From the human T2T-CHM13v2.0 reference genome, Homo sapiens: DNA of 64,000 nucleotides. The stretch lies in assembly GCF_009914755.1 (NCBI RefSeq), contig NC_060929.1. One strand, given 5' to 3'. Every line of letters starts with the position of its first letter. Position 1 is the first letter of the stretch. Below are positions 14,486 to 27,143 of the stretch, piece after piece. The notes beneath the pieces were generated by a model that had not been told where the DNA came from, ran no database searches, and saw only the letters and a program-made list of their open reading frames with translations. A program made the translations under genes and the position numbers.

Positions 14486-16030
14486 TATTTTTAACAGTTA
14501 ATACATTGGGCAAAGATGATGAGATGGAGGGTATATCTGGGGAAGAGGTTTAAAGAATTGGATGAGAACCTGGAAAGGAAGAAATGAGGTAGAAGGCTAT
14601 GAAAACAGTATTAGTTTAAAAGGCATATAGAGTTATTAGATGAATGTTTGTTAATTTGAACACTAGTATAATTACTTCTAACAAGAAAAAATAGTCTTTT
14701 TGGAGTCTCTGCATTCACTGAGCAAGGCATTTCATTTTGCTCCCGTCAATATCTATTAAATCTTAGTGAATAAATATTTAGTAATAGAATCTCATTTTTT
14801 CTAAAGCATAGAATCTCTCTTCTTTCCCATTTTATTACAAGCAAATAAATAATTTTCTAATTATACCATGCAGCAAATAATTTATCTGGAAGCCCTGTTA
14901 TATGAAAATTCATGCCTAGTCAGGTGTGTTTAGGGCATTTTTTGTTGGAGTTCATGTAAAAACTCCAATCTCAAAAAATTTTAGGGTCTGTAGCAGCACA
15001 CTAAGAAGCATTTTCCCTGGAAGTTGCCAATCTAAGCAGCTGTGGCCAATCATAATCCAGAGCAAATCCATTGGCCACATTTATTTATTTCTTCCAGGTT
15101 GACAGGTAATGGGGAAAGCAAATGCACTCTGGAAACAACGACCTTCGAAAACTGCCTTTGATAATACCAGTGTCTTGGGATAACAGCCATCTATACTGGC
15201 TTTGCAGCCTCTCCACCTCTGCTTGGCTGAGTCAGATGCCTTCGCTTGGCTTCAGCCAGTAGGAGATGGCAAAATCTGGGGGCACTTGTGACCTAGTGCC
15301 ACTTGGGTGCCGCCTACTGCTCTCTACCAGCCTTTGCTGTAGGGAAGGAGGCATCTGAGCGCAGAAATTTCATGGACTTCTGGTGGGAAACCTCTCTTCC
15401 AACAATCATTGTTTGACTCTGGCATCATAAATCACAAATACATTTCTATATTACAAACAGAAGTAAGTAAAATGCAGTTTCATGATTCCTAGAATAATAT
15501 AGTATAATATAAAATGATTTATACTATAAGATGATCAGAATATCATGGGGCTGGTGATAAAATTTTAATGCTAATAAAAGTAATAAAATTATAGACAATG
15601 CTCACTTATTTTGATACTATTATATGTCAAATTCTGTATTAAGCACTTACAACGAATCTCATGTAGTGATTATAATGTGCTGGCGAAGTAGGTGGTATTA
15701 TACTCGTTTTTTCAAATGAAGAAAGACATACACGGAAAGAGGTAAAGCGAAGGTCACATAGCTAGTACATTAGTCATGCTTAAACCCCAGGTCCACTGAC
15801 TTTGAAGTCTACATTATATGGCAAACAACTCTCATGCTAGGCTCTGTACCATTAATAACATTACTAATAGATAACCTGGCAACTCTGCACATTGGTTTAA
15901 AATGGGTTCATTAAACTGCTGTATCTAATTCATGGGACATTATAAGTAATAAAAGACATAAACATTTTGAAAGTCCTTTGAAAAAAGTTAAAATCCCATG
16001 TACATATTAGTAATAATATGTATACATACA

Positions 16031-16356
16031 CAGATGGTGCCCTATTTATGACAGTTCAAATTAATGATTACTTGACTTTATGATGGTACAAAAGCAATAT
16101 GCATTCAGTAGAAACCATGGTACAGTATTCAATAAATTACATGAGATAGTCAACACTTTATTATAAAATAGGCTTTGTGTGAGATGATTTTGCCCAATTG
16201 TAGGCTAATGTAAGTGTTCAGAGCATGTTTAAGGTGGGCTAGGCTAAGCTATGACATTTGGTAGTTAGGTATATTAAACGTGTTTTCAGTTTATAATATT
16301 TCCAACTTAAGAATGTTTATAAGGATGTAACCCGATCACAAGTCAAGGAATATCTG
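16031..16356 (-). mobile_element. MER47A (Tigger5-family TcMar MITE)
   Basis: Termini cagatg...tatctg; interior taggctaatgtaagtgttcagagcatgtttaaggtgggctaggctaagc matches the MER47A reverse complement as I recall it. Confidence 0.8.
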
Positions 16357-18741
16357 CATATATATTCTATATAAATAAATAATACACTTATGCTTTAAAC
16401 ATAAACATGCAAACATACATACAGGGGCACGATGGTACATGGAGAAAGTATTAAACTTGCAATCTGAAGACTTGGATTTTAGCCTCAGATATATGATTTG
16501 GTTATGTCACATCTCAACACTCATTTGTGAAATGGGGGCGATAATTACACTTAATAAAGAATTTTCCCATCTAAAGACTGTACGTACAATATACCACATG
16601 TTTATGTATACGTATATGTATATTATTATTTAATTATTTAATAATTATTTATTTTCTACTTACATACTCCAGAATTATAAAAAATAGAATTTCAGAATTT
16701 TAAAAAATTTTGCTACAACAGAAATTTAATTCTTTTCTTTATATTGCTTATCCAGTTATATAAAATGAACATATACTTTCTAATTCTGATATATTTTAAC
16801 CTTCCTAAATGAAATGGTAAATTACTTAGTATTTCTAGCATTGTTTAAGAAAAATAGCAGTGGCAGGATCAAGAGTCAGCAGACCTGACTTAAAAAACTT
16901 TGTGTTCAGAAAATAAATGCTTACTTTATGACACATACACGAGTTTATTTTCTGCAGTATTGTTGCAAAAGAACGCTTTTGGAAACAACACAAATTGTTA
17001 AATTGATTAAGCTTGTCACCCATTTACTGAAGTATTATGCAACTCTAGAGAATAATCAGTTACTCTTTATTAAAATGTGGAAAGATATACAGGATTTATT
17101 TATTTTAAAAAAACAAGGATCAGAGCATTGCACATAATATTCTACTTCATGAGTAAAAAGCCGGGGTGGGGGGTAGTATTTATGTTCATATTTGCTTCTG
17201 TGAACATAAAGAAACTTCAGATGGACATATAAGAAATTAAGAAGAGTGGTTTCTATGGGGTAGGGGCTGGAAAGACCCAGAAAGTGGCAGACAAGGGTTA
17301 AAGGTAGCTTCACTGTACACCATTTTACACTTACTGCTTTTTCAGTCAGAATGTAATTTCTACTTAAAAGATAAAAGAATTCAAATGCTTTTTAAAAAGG
17401 TGAATGCTTTAAAGGGGTATTATTCAGAGTTTAAAGTTATGAATCAGATTGCTTAATCCAGATATCAAATGAGGTCAATCTAGATTAAGAGGGATTGAGT
17501 TTTGATTTGTGGAAGAGGTGAATGAATAGAGAACAGGATACATTTTGGAGCATAATACATCTCAAGGCATCAGATGTTGAGGGGGTTACACTGATGACAG
17601 GATTTAAAATGTGAACTGTGGCATGGGCTACTGACAGTGAGGAAGCATTCAGGAGCAGGGGAGGGTTGCAAAGGAGAGGAGAAGGAGAACAAGGATAAAC
17701 TCCGTCTGCTCTGCAGTTCTGCCTGGGTCCCTTGTAGCTTTACTTCACTAAAAATCAGACCTTGTCAGGCCTTCAGAGTCAGAAAGAGGACTTGGTTAGC
17801 ATTTGTGGCAACTCACTGAAAAGCGTGACACCGGGCAACATGTGTTACCACCATGCTCTGCCACCACCCACACTGGAGCGGGAGTGAAACAAAGATGGAA
17901 GAAAGTTCCCAGGGATTTCTGCCTAACATCAGAACTCCTTCCCTGGTGTGAAGTCACAGCCATAAAATGGAGGTCATAATACTAAATTTTTTATCCGAGG
18001 TGAAGAAATAAGAGAAATAAGGGACCTTTTAGAAAGTCTCACAAAAATAATAGTTCTGAATTATGACCTGGTAATGAAACAAGATGACAGATGAGGAGGA
18101 GATGCAATGTGAAACAAGGATGAACCTTTCTGGAAGACAGATGGTCATGGGATCATTCCAAACTTGCTTTCTGTGTGTTTGAATTAGCAGAGGACTTGAT
18201 CACTAAGCTGTTTACGAACAAGGAGAATACTGAACTCAGGAAGATAACATATCGCAAGATGTTTCTACAGTGCAAAAACGAAAAACAACCTTTAGGCTTA
18301 GAATTGCTTTAACTAGACCATACTTCGGTAAGGAGAAAGATGCGACTACAAGTAGTGTGGTCACCTGTAGGCATCTTGTTTCCCCCTCACAATAAACAAC
18401 AGTTGCACATCATTTACCTAAAATATTAATCATGTCAGGCATGTGTGAGCTTCTTACATGCAGTCACTCAGTACCACATCCAAGAGAATTGCAGTGATAT
18501 CTCTGGTAGAAATTTAAACTATTTACCCGAAAGGAGAGTAAAGTACTCCTTTGTCTGGCTCATTTTCCTAACTATATATTACTTTATGAATCACAAAAGT
18601 TCAGAAAACTTTATACTGAGAAATGGAAAATAGCTAAAATGTGAAACACAAAGTACCATTTCATGAGTACTGCTCCTTTCTCATTTGAATACTGGGCTTA
18701 GGAAACATGATGAATTGTGTGGATATTTGCAGTCACTTAAA

Positions 18742-18951
18742 GGAGGGCTTGTCATCTCTGTACTATTGACATTATGGCCTGAATAATTCTTTGTTGTGGG
18801 ACTGTCCTGGGCATTGTAGGATGTTCAATAGCATCCCTAGCTTCTACTCACTAGAGGTCAGTAGCACCCTCCAGTTGTGGCAATCAAAAATGCCTCCATA
18901 CATTGCCAAATGTCCCCTGGGGGTCAAAATTGTTCTCTTTGGGAACTGCTG
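18742..18951 (-). mobile_element. MER20 (hAT-Charlie)
   Basis: cattgccaaatgtcccctggggg...gaactgctg is the reverse complement of MER20. Confidence 0.85.
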
Positions 18952-19341
18952 ACCTACAGGATAGCTCATTTTCTGTCTAACTCCTCTGTGTTGATAGGGG
19001 TAACATACCTCAGTCTCATTCAACAGAAATGAAACCCAACAAAGGAAGTAAATACAATGGTTATCATTAAGCAAAACCACGTATCAATGAAGTGGATGCA
19101 TTCCCTCTCCCTTCCCCCAACAAAACCCCAGCTGACCAAGGCATTTTCTCACAGAATGAAGACTTCCTACTTTCCCAGACCTCCCACATGAAAGAAAAAA
19201 ACAAGACAAAGAAAATTCATTATACACATATGAGTACCAGATATAGAGAATCATTCCTTGTTACAAAACTTTCCCCAGAAGCTAAAACATTCTCTGCCTT
19301 GGAGTAAACCATACTGAATAGCAAACGAGAAAAGAACTCAC

Positions 19342-20476
19342 TGTTTCCAGAAGAGGTTTTGTGGAATTTCGTCAGGTCAACATTTGGTGGTCTGTTGGGT
19401 TTTGGTGGAGGTGGACCCAAGGTAAACAAGGGAGGCAATGGCTTCTGTTTCGGGGTGGCTGAATTCTTGTCTCCCTTTTCCTTTTCCTGACTTTGGCCCC
19501 ATGGCCCCCCCACTGTCAGCTTAGAAGGGGCCTTAGGGAACCTGGCAGGAGGAGTCCCTGAGGCCAACTCTTCCTGATTTATTTTGCTCTGGAAGGTGTT
19601 CTTAGCAGCATCTATCTTCCTATCTTCCTTTTTTTCTTCACCATTTTTGGAGAGACCTGGGCCTCCCCTGCTCGCAGCAGGTTTCAAAACCACTCCAGGA
19701 AAGGGCAAACTTGAAATCTCCCCTGCATGGTCTTTATTTTCTGAGTCTTCCCTTGCTGGTTTTAAAGGGCCGCTTTTGGACCTGACTCCCAGGGGAGCTG
19801 GGGACCCTTTTGATGAAGACACATTCTTCATGGGGCTTTCGTCTTCATGGGAGTTCTCGGTACTTAGGGGCGGCTTCTGGCCAAAGGCGGGTTTGGGGAA
19901 GAGGGGCTTGGGTTCAAGATCTTGTGATGCTGACATAAATTTCCCTTTAACCCCAGTCAATTTGGGAAACGCTTGCTTCTGTTCATTTTCTGAGGTTGGA
20001 GGAGTAGGCCCAGATTTCGGGCCTAGTGGCTTTAAGTCATGGTCTTGGTTTACACTGTGAAGAGATGGCTTGTTTCCAGGAGGCCAGGGAAATGTAGGTT
20101 TGGAATCTTCTTTGGGCAAGTTGATGGGCTTGGGGCCTACAGGTTTCAGAAATCCCACTTTCGCCTCGGGGTCTCTGGTGGTCAAGCTGGCTGGTGTTCC
20201 GAATCTTTGGCCTGCTCCAGTGGGCTTTAGAAACGGGGGCTTGGGTTCCTTGTCAGGCTTTTCCTCAGAAGAAGGTTTGACTGCCACAGGTGGCTTTGGG
20301 GACCCAAACTTAGGTACATTGCTGGGTCCTGCAGGAGGGCTGGCATTTCCTTGGTTGTTGAATAAGTTCTTTCTTGCTTGTATTCCTGAAGATGAGTTTG
20401 GCCCTGTGACTCTGAAGGGTCGGCTATTGACTGAGACATCCTCTGTCGGGTTGCCCCCCGTGTTATATTTCGCCAT
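19342..20476 (-). CDS. FYB1: FYB1/ADAP first coding exon: codons 1-378 plus 1 nt; Pro/Lys-rich disordered N-terminus ending in the proline-rich SKAP1/SKAP2 SH3-binding region
   Basis: ORF MAKYNTGGNPTEDVSVNSRPF...KPLPPLFTLGPPPPKPNRPPNVDL recognised as ADAP. Donor ACA|GTGAGT lies at 19342/19341, so the last ~40 aa of the 418-aa ORF are intron read-through. Confidence 0.96.
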
Positions 20477-20503
20477 GAGGGACTTTACATCTGCCTTTCC
20501 ATC
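20477..20503 (-). other. FYB1: 5' part of FYB1 exon 2: 27 nt, stop-free and in frame with the CDS (DGKADVKSL)
   Basis: Acceptor TTTTTTGTTCCCTATGTTTGTAG|GATGGAAAGG with AG at 20505-20504; whole exon is 1162 nt. Confidence 0.9.
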
Positions 20504-22749
20504 CTACAAACATAGGGAACAAAAAATAGCTGAGAGACAAAAGTCTTACTTGCACAGTTTAAAATACTATACCTTACAGAGCTTCCTGGTTTGAGGCCTG
20601 CAGCGTTGCTGATTGGTTAGCAAGATATTGTAACATTTATCTTCCTCTCTGGCAAAATAAGTTGCGAGAGTTTCTTGAAAGAGGAAGGCTATGGTTGTGC
20701 ATATACTTTTTCTTTTGCTTATCTCGGACTGACTTGCTTATTTTTACTTAAGGAACAAATCCTTTCTTTATTCTCACTGTTTCTCTAGCTATCTTGTTGG
20801 ATTTACTCTAACTTGGTATTATTTATTTTTAAAGTTTCACTTGAAAAAATATGGAAGTGACTAAAAAAAGATTTCTTCCATATTTTATAATTGAAACTCT
20901 TAAGTAGAAACTACCTTTAAAAAATGAAAGTAAGTTCTTCTGTAAATTGAGGCTGTGTGCTTCATACAGCATGGCCATGTTTAACATACATCTCTGTGGT
21001 TTGCAAGAGTATTTTTTTTTGCTTCTATCCACATTGAAGTTCTGTTTGTTAACAGGGAGATGTGGCAGAAAAACCTTGCTCATTTTTATAAGTAAGTAAT
21101 AAAATGACTTCTTCTCCTTATTTGTAATTATTTAGCACTAAAGATTCACCTGTATCCATACTAGCAGGCGATTGTACTCACTTTCAGAATTGTTCTGTTT
21201 AGAGGTTATGGTCTGGAGGCACAAGGGGGAAGATAAGGAAGAGGTAATAGGGACAGGCTGTCAGTCTTATTTCCAGACCTTTCTTTCCACAGTCATCCCT
21301 TTTTCTCAGAGGTGCTTTTACTGAGTCTCCCCTGCTTGTCTAGAATTTAGGTATTACTTAGCAAAGATAATAGGCATTCATTTTTCTCTGTGAATGTAAT
21401 CCCATTTTACCTGGGAAAGTTAATGGTGTGTTTGCTCTTTGTCTCAAAAGCAAGGAGTTTAAATTTTTAGTTCTTTTAGAAATATTTCAAAATTGGAGGC
21501 TTCAAAAAAATCACTGAAGTTAACCAATGTGGCCATGACAATTTCCCTTTTCATGCTTTAAAGTTCACCCATAACATGCTTTCCTACCTCTCATCCCCCA
21601 CCTTTCATTGCCCCATACCCAGGCACATTTCATCTTTCAAGGTGCAAAACCAGGTCCCTCCAGCTGGAAAGGTTGCTCCCACCTCCTGACTCATGCACAC
21701 TTCAGGTGCTTCTATAAGCCCCTATGCTATTTCCTCTTAGAGTGATGAGAACTACCATTTAGTGGGGGGTAAATACATGTGCTTTGTTCTATATCATCCC
21801 GTCTCATTCTTACAGTAGTTCTAAAAGAATGACATTATTTAACCCCATTTCACAAGAAAGGAAAATGAGGCTGGAACTGCAGGAGGATGGCATGGCCAGA
21901 CATGAGAACTGGGTTTAAATCCTAGCCAGAATTGTCATGTGCTTTAAACATGGAATTTGTAAAATGCCTGTCTGGTGTACAATATGGGTTCAATATATGG
22001 AAATTATTATTAGAACTGTTATGTAGCAACTCCAGGCCTTGAACATGCTACCTAACAGTTGTAGGAACTGTGAGCACAGGCAGGCAAACTCAGGTGTATC
22101 TGGGGCTCTGAAGTCCAGAAAATGTCTCATTTCTTTTTGTATCCCTGCATCACCTAGACCAGGGCCTGGCTCCCTCAGGATTCTAATATATGCTTGGAGA
22201 ATGAGGGCAGGCACTGAGATTAATACTGTGCATAGTGATTTTACAAGAAATGGTGCCCTCAGCAAGAGTTTCTGTCCATACCAAACTGTAGCAGGGTAGG
22301 AGGCTAGGGATTTAGGCAGGAACAGAAAAGCTAACACAGAGCAGCAAATTCCAACTTGAATTTTGTAACTTTAATTTACCTCCCTTATCTGAGTTGTTGG
22401 AAACTGCTTGTTTTCTACCTTTCCTCCCTTTGCCACTTTTCTACCACCCCTGACTTCCTCAAATCCTCAAGCAATTCCTGAAGGCAAGAGGCAGGAAGAC
22501 AGCAGAACAAGGGAGAATTTGGGTGCTTGGGGGAGGGAATAGGAGAGAATGGGTTCTTCCCTGAACCTTCAGAGAGATCAGAGTTGCAGAGGACCCCAAA
22601 CGTCACTACAAGGGGCATAATTATGGCAGTACCAAGAACAAAAATTTGCCCCCTAACTGAAGGAAGTCTGTCTCTGTGGAAGATGCCTTTTATTCTAGAC
22701 TTAATTCCATATCATATAATGTATATCCCAGATTTATAACAGGAGGCTA

Positions 22750-23470
22750 CATAGCTGAGTGACTAAGCACAGACTTAGGAACCAGGTGGCCTGGGTTTGA
22801 ATCTTACTCGCTATGTAACCTTGGACAAAAGGCATCAAAATTCTTTAGGCTTAGTTTTCTCACCTCCCTAATGGGAATAATAATGTGTAGCCATAGGACT
22901 GTTAGGAAAATTAAACAACTTGCTGTGTGTAAAACACTTTAAAGAGTACCTGACACATTGGAGGATTTCTGATTTTTATAAATCAAGTGAAATGTTAGTC
23001 ATTCTGTAGTCCCTTCTCTCGCTGCATCGGTGAGGAAATGGAAAGCAAGAGTTTTAAGTGGTATCCTACTTAGGTGGCAACTTTATGTCTTGGATTTCAT
23101 GGAGGAAAACCCATGAAATACCCTAGCCCATGATCAAACTCAATGTCCTGGCTTTGGTTTAGAAAATATGGAAGTGGTAGATTTGGATTGGAACGTAAGT
23201 CTCTCAGCTGCCAACCCAGACCCAGGAAGCAGTGCAATGTCAAAGTTAATAGCACAGGCTCTGGGGTTATGACTTGAGTTCAAACCTTGACTTTGCCATT
23301 TTACTAACCACGTGATCTAGCATGGTATTTATCCTCTCTGAGGCTCAGTTTTCTACATCTTTAAAATGAGAATAATAACAGTACCTATAGCTCACAGGGT
23401 TTTTGTTTTAAAATAAGGATTAAATGGGCAAAGGCATGTAAAATTCTTAGATAAGAATTGCACGTAATAT
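22750..23470 (+). mobile_element. Two MIR copies (about 22750-22960 and 23230-23470)
   Basis: MIR cores such as ctctgaggctcagtttt...aaaatgagaataataacagtacct. Confidence 0.65.
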
Positions 23471-25269
23471 ATATGTAATAATTATCTGCCATCTCTGTTT
23501 TTCTAATTTGCTAGTCACAAAACATTATTTCTCTATGTGACCAAATTCCGAAGTTACAATCATTAATGTTATGTCCGAATTTTAAATCAAAGTAGCTAGA
23601 ACTAACGTACTCCTGAATAACATAATAGAGTTATGATATTTAAGTTTGGTTTACCTACACTGTGAGACTTTTCACTGGATGTTGAAAGACAGGGAAAGAA
23701 AGAGCAACATGTTCCTATGCAGGACATCTTAGAGCCCCTTAGCCACTAATATGTCTGGCAAATCAGTAGCCTGAACTCTGCAACTATGTAATCACTAATA
23801 TTGGCTTCTTAGCTTTAGAGATTGTTTAATCATGATGACTGTTAATAAGTTTAGTAGATAAAATGTTCAACACCCAGACTCACCCTTAATCGTAACAATA
23901 ATAGGTAGTTTTTTTCTTTAAGCGTAATGATAGAAAAAGCAAAAATGATTTTTAAAATGGACATTCTCTCATTCTGATTTCATTGTAGATTGAATATCTA
24001 TTCAATTATCTAGTACTTTTATTTTTACTTAAAAAAGGGTAGGGGTAATATATTCTTGAGTGATAGAGTGGAAAGTAAGCCTTCTATAACTCCTTAACTT
24101 AGTTCCCCAGTTCTAGGCTACGCTGATGTCCTCATTTACCAGTACAGTATGAGTTTATACCTGTTGTTCTGGAATAATGATTAGCAATGTTTCGTTTTAA
24201 TCTCAAACTGATCTTCCTCAAATAATAAACTACATGGTGACCTTCCGTAGTTCTCTCTAGAGGCAATCACTGTCACCAGTTTCCTATGTATGTTGCTAAC
24301 CGGTGCATATGCAAACATAAACACACACATATTCACAAACAAACACCCTTCCTTCTCCCACTTTTCACACAGATGGAAACCTCTACTCTGCACCTTGCCT
24401 TTTTCTAGGGCTGATATTTGGTAGATATACACCAGTACAGGTGGATATATGATCAGCAACCCTTGGGATTGTTTGGTACCTATGTCAATTCCAGTTGTTA
24501 GATATTTTCAATATTAACCCTACTTTTTTCCCTTGCTAGTTGGATCATATTGGTGCGTGTTATTTGCAGAACCTTTTTAACTTACTGATATCAAGATTGG
24601 GCTTCTACTTATTCATCAGAGGATGTATTTCACAATCTGGAAGACATCAGATTGTGAAATTCAATTTGCAATTTGCAATTTGAATTTGCAAATTCAAATT
24701 CATTTGCAATTTCTTTTCCAAAGCCATTTGAAGCAATTTGTTATTATTTCTACCTGCTATGTATCCATATAATGCTTAGTCCAGATTACTCACAAACATT
24801 GCTCACAAACACAGATTTAATAGTAGAAAATCTCTTCATAGAAATTAATTTCCTTTAGCCCCCATATATTTTGCCTTTCCTCAGAATTATGTCTCTTCAG
24901 TGGTATAAACTTTTACATTTGCCACAGACCTTGGGAAAATGTCTGTTAACAAAAATGCTTTCGTTACAACCTCCAGATTGACAGTTAACAAACCCAGTTT
25001 TCAGAAAATCTTTTTGAGTTTTAGCAATCTGCATAAAAGTAATGAACCAAGTAAACAGTTAAAGGCTGAGATGGCATGAAGGACAGACATCCCATCTTTT
25101 CTGTTCCTAGAAAGAAAATCGTCCCTTTTGTAGTCAGTTCATCTACATAGTTTCATTTGGAAAACTAAAAATATATTATCTCTATTATTAGGAACAGGAT
25201 TTTGTTTTGTTTTAGTTTTATTGTTATATTACTCATGGTTTTAAATATTTCTTGGATATTATGCTAATC

Positions 25270-25482
25270 TACTGGTTCTTAACTGGGGTGTGGGGGTGGG
25301 CCGGGGAATTTCCCCCCTGGGGATGTTTATCAATGTCTGGAAGCATTTTTGACGAAAATGACCAGCCAGGGAAGGGGTTGGGTAGAGGCCAGGGATGCTG
25401 CACATCTGTCCTATACGAGAGCCTCCCACAAGAAAGAATTATCAGTCCAAAATGTGGATAGTGCCAAGGTTGAGAAACCCTG
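25270..25482 (+). mobile_element. MER20
   Basis: tggttcttaac...gggtagaggccagggatgctgc...gttgagaaaccctg. Confidence 0.85.
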
Positions 25483-26830
25483 AGCTAATTCTATTGCTCT
25501 TGAATTACTGAAATTAACTTACCAGGAAGTCTGCTTTTAATTTTTTTTTACCATAGACTACACTCTAACACCTACAAATAACTGTATAGAAACTAAATGA
25601 GCCACTACTAGCAATGGTTTTTAAAGTTGCCCACCTTTGAAAGTCTCATCTTTAGAATGTTCTTGAAAATACAAAAGAAACAAAACTTCCATAAATCATG
25701 GGAAACTAATGAATTTAAAATGACTTGGAAGCCAGGTTTTACCTCCTTAAGATATGTTTGTGTCACTTTTGCAATTAAAGCAAGAGGAGAATGAATCTCT
25801 GCTGTGGCTGCTGTTACTCTTCCCTATATAAAGCCCATAAAAAAGGGAATAAAATGACTTCATTTGATTGCATGTAATGCTTCTAATCATGGTGGAGGCA
25901 GTAAATGAATAAAATAGTTTACCCAAATCGGTTTTTCAAAAAATCTTTGATAATTTTTTACCATACGTGGAGTTTCTTTATTGTTAGTTATGTTGAGATA
26001 AAGTCGTTTGTTACCCATGACTTACTTATTCGGTCTCAACTGCTGGTTCTTCTTATGGAACAAAATTTGTTTCTGCCACTGCCATCATTACCCATAATAG
26101 GACCCCAGTACAGTGACATCAGAGGACAACAAGAGGCTGTGAGGGCGATCATGAGTACAAGAGAAACGGTTCCAGAAAGCCAGCCCTCGTCCTGCCTAAG
26201 GCTTCGGAGATTGCAGCCAGGGCGGGTGAAGACGGTGTGCTGGTTAGGAGACCCAGGTTCTGTGGGGGTGATGCCTTTTGTTACTCAAACTTAGGACCTG
26301 CTCTACAAAGGCCTGACCAGGAGGTGTAACAAAAAGACTGAGGAGACAGAATGTTCTCCCCTAAGCTGGAGAAACTTACCATCCTTGAGGCAGGAAGCAC
26401 ACTGGCAAAAATTTGTAATAGATTCAAGCAATTCAAATTTTTATAGAGCAATAGGATTCTGCATTACTGGTTTGCATCGCCTACATTAAAGAAAATAACA
26501 CATATGACCCCCATGACCAAGCCCTCCATCCCTTCTCATCACACACAACACACACACAATGCGCACACACACACACACACAGTGTTTTCTCTTTAAAGAG
26601 ACTTGATCTGTTGTACCCAGTAAACCTGGAAAAGGGAATGGTCTTAATCTGAAAATAAACTTTCATAAAACTCTTTACTATTAGAAATTACCTCAAAACT
26701 ACTCCGACTTAAGAGTTAACGGTTGCTGGCTGAAAATACAGTACTCCTGACGAGACCCTTCACAAGCATCGTAGATAACAAGCTCCTCTATCGATAATAG
26801 AACAGCAGTGATCTTTTTTATCCCGATTAA

Positions 26831-27143
<313 letters not shown>

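Noticed and set aside
19220-19341. C-terminal ~40 aa of the 418-aa ORF (EFFSRLL...LVLICV)
   Set aside because: Lies past a clear GTGAGT donor, and I see no canonical poly(A) signal nearby to support a terminal-exon isoform.
19578-20594. Two long antisense ORFs (158 and 174 aa), one frame with a single stop, over exon 2
   Set aside because: This frame shares wobble positions with FYB1, so stops arise only opposite Tyr codons or some His/Gln codons. The exon has one Tyr, so the openness is a shadow of the real CDS. Both ORFs also use non-ATG starts.
25523-25571. Possible 49-nt cassette exon with a strong CTG|GTAAGT donor
   Set aside because: Acceptor pyrimidine tract is poor, and strong orphan donors are common in introns.
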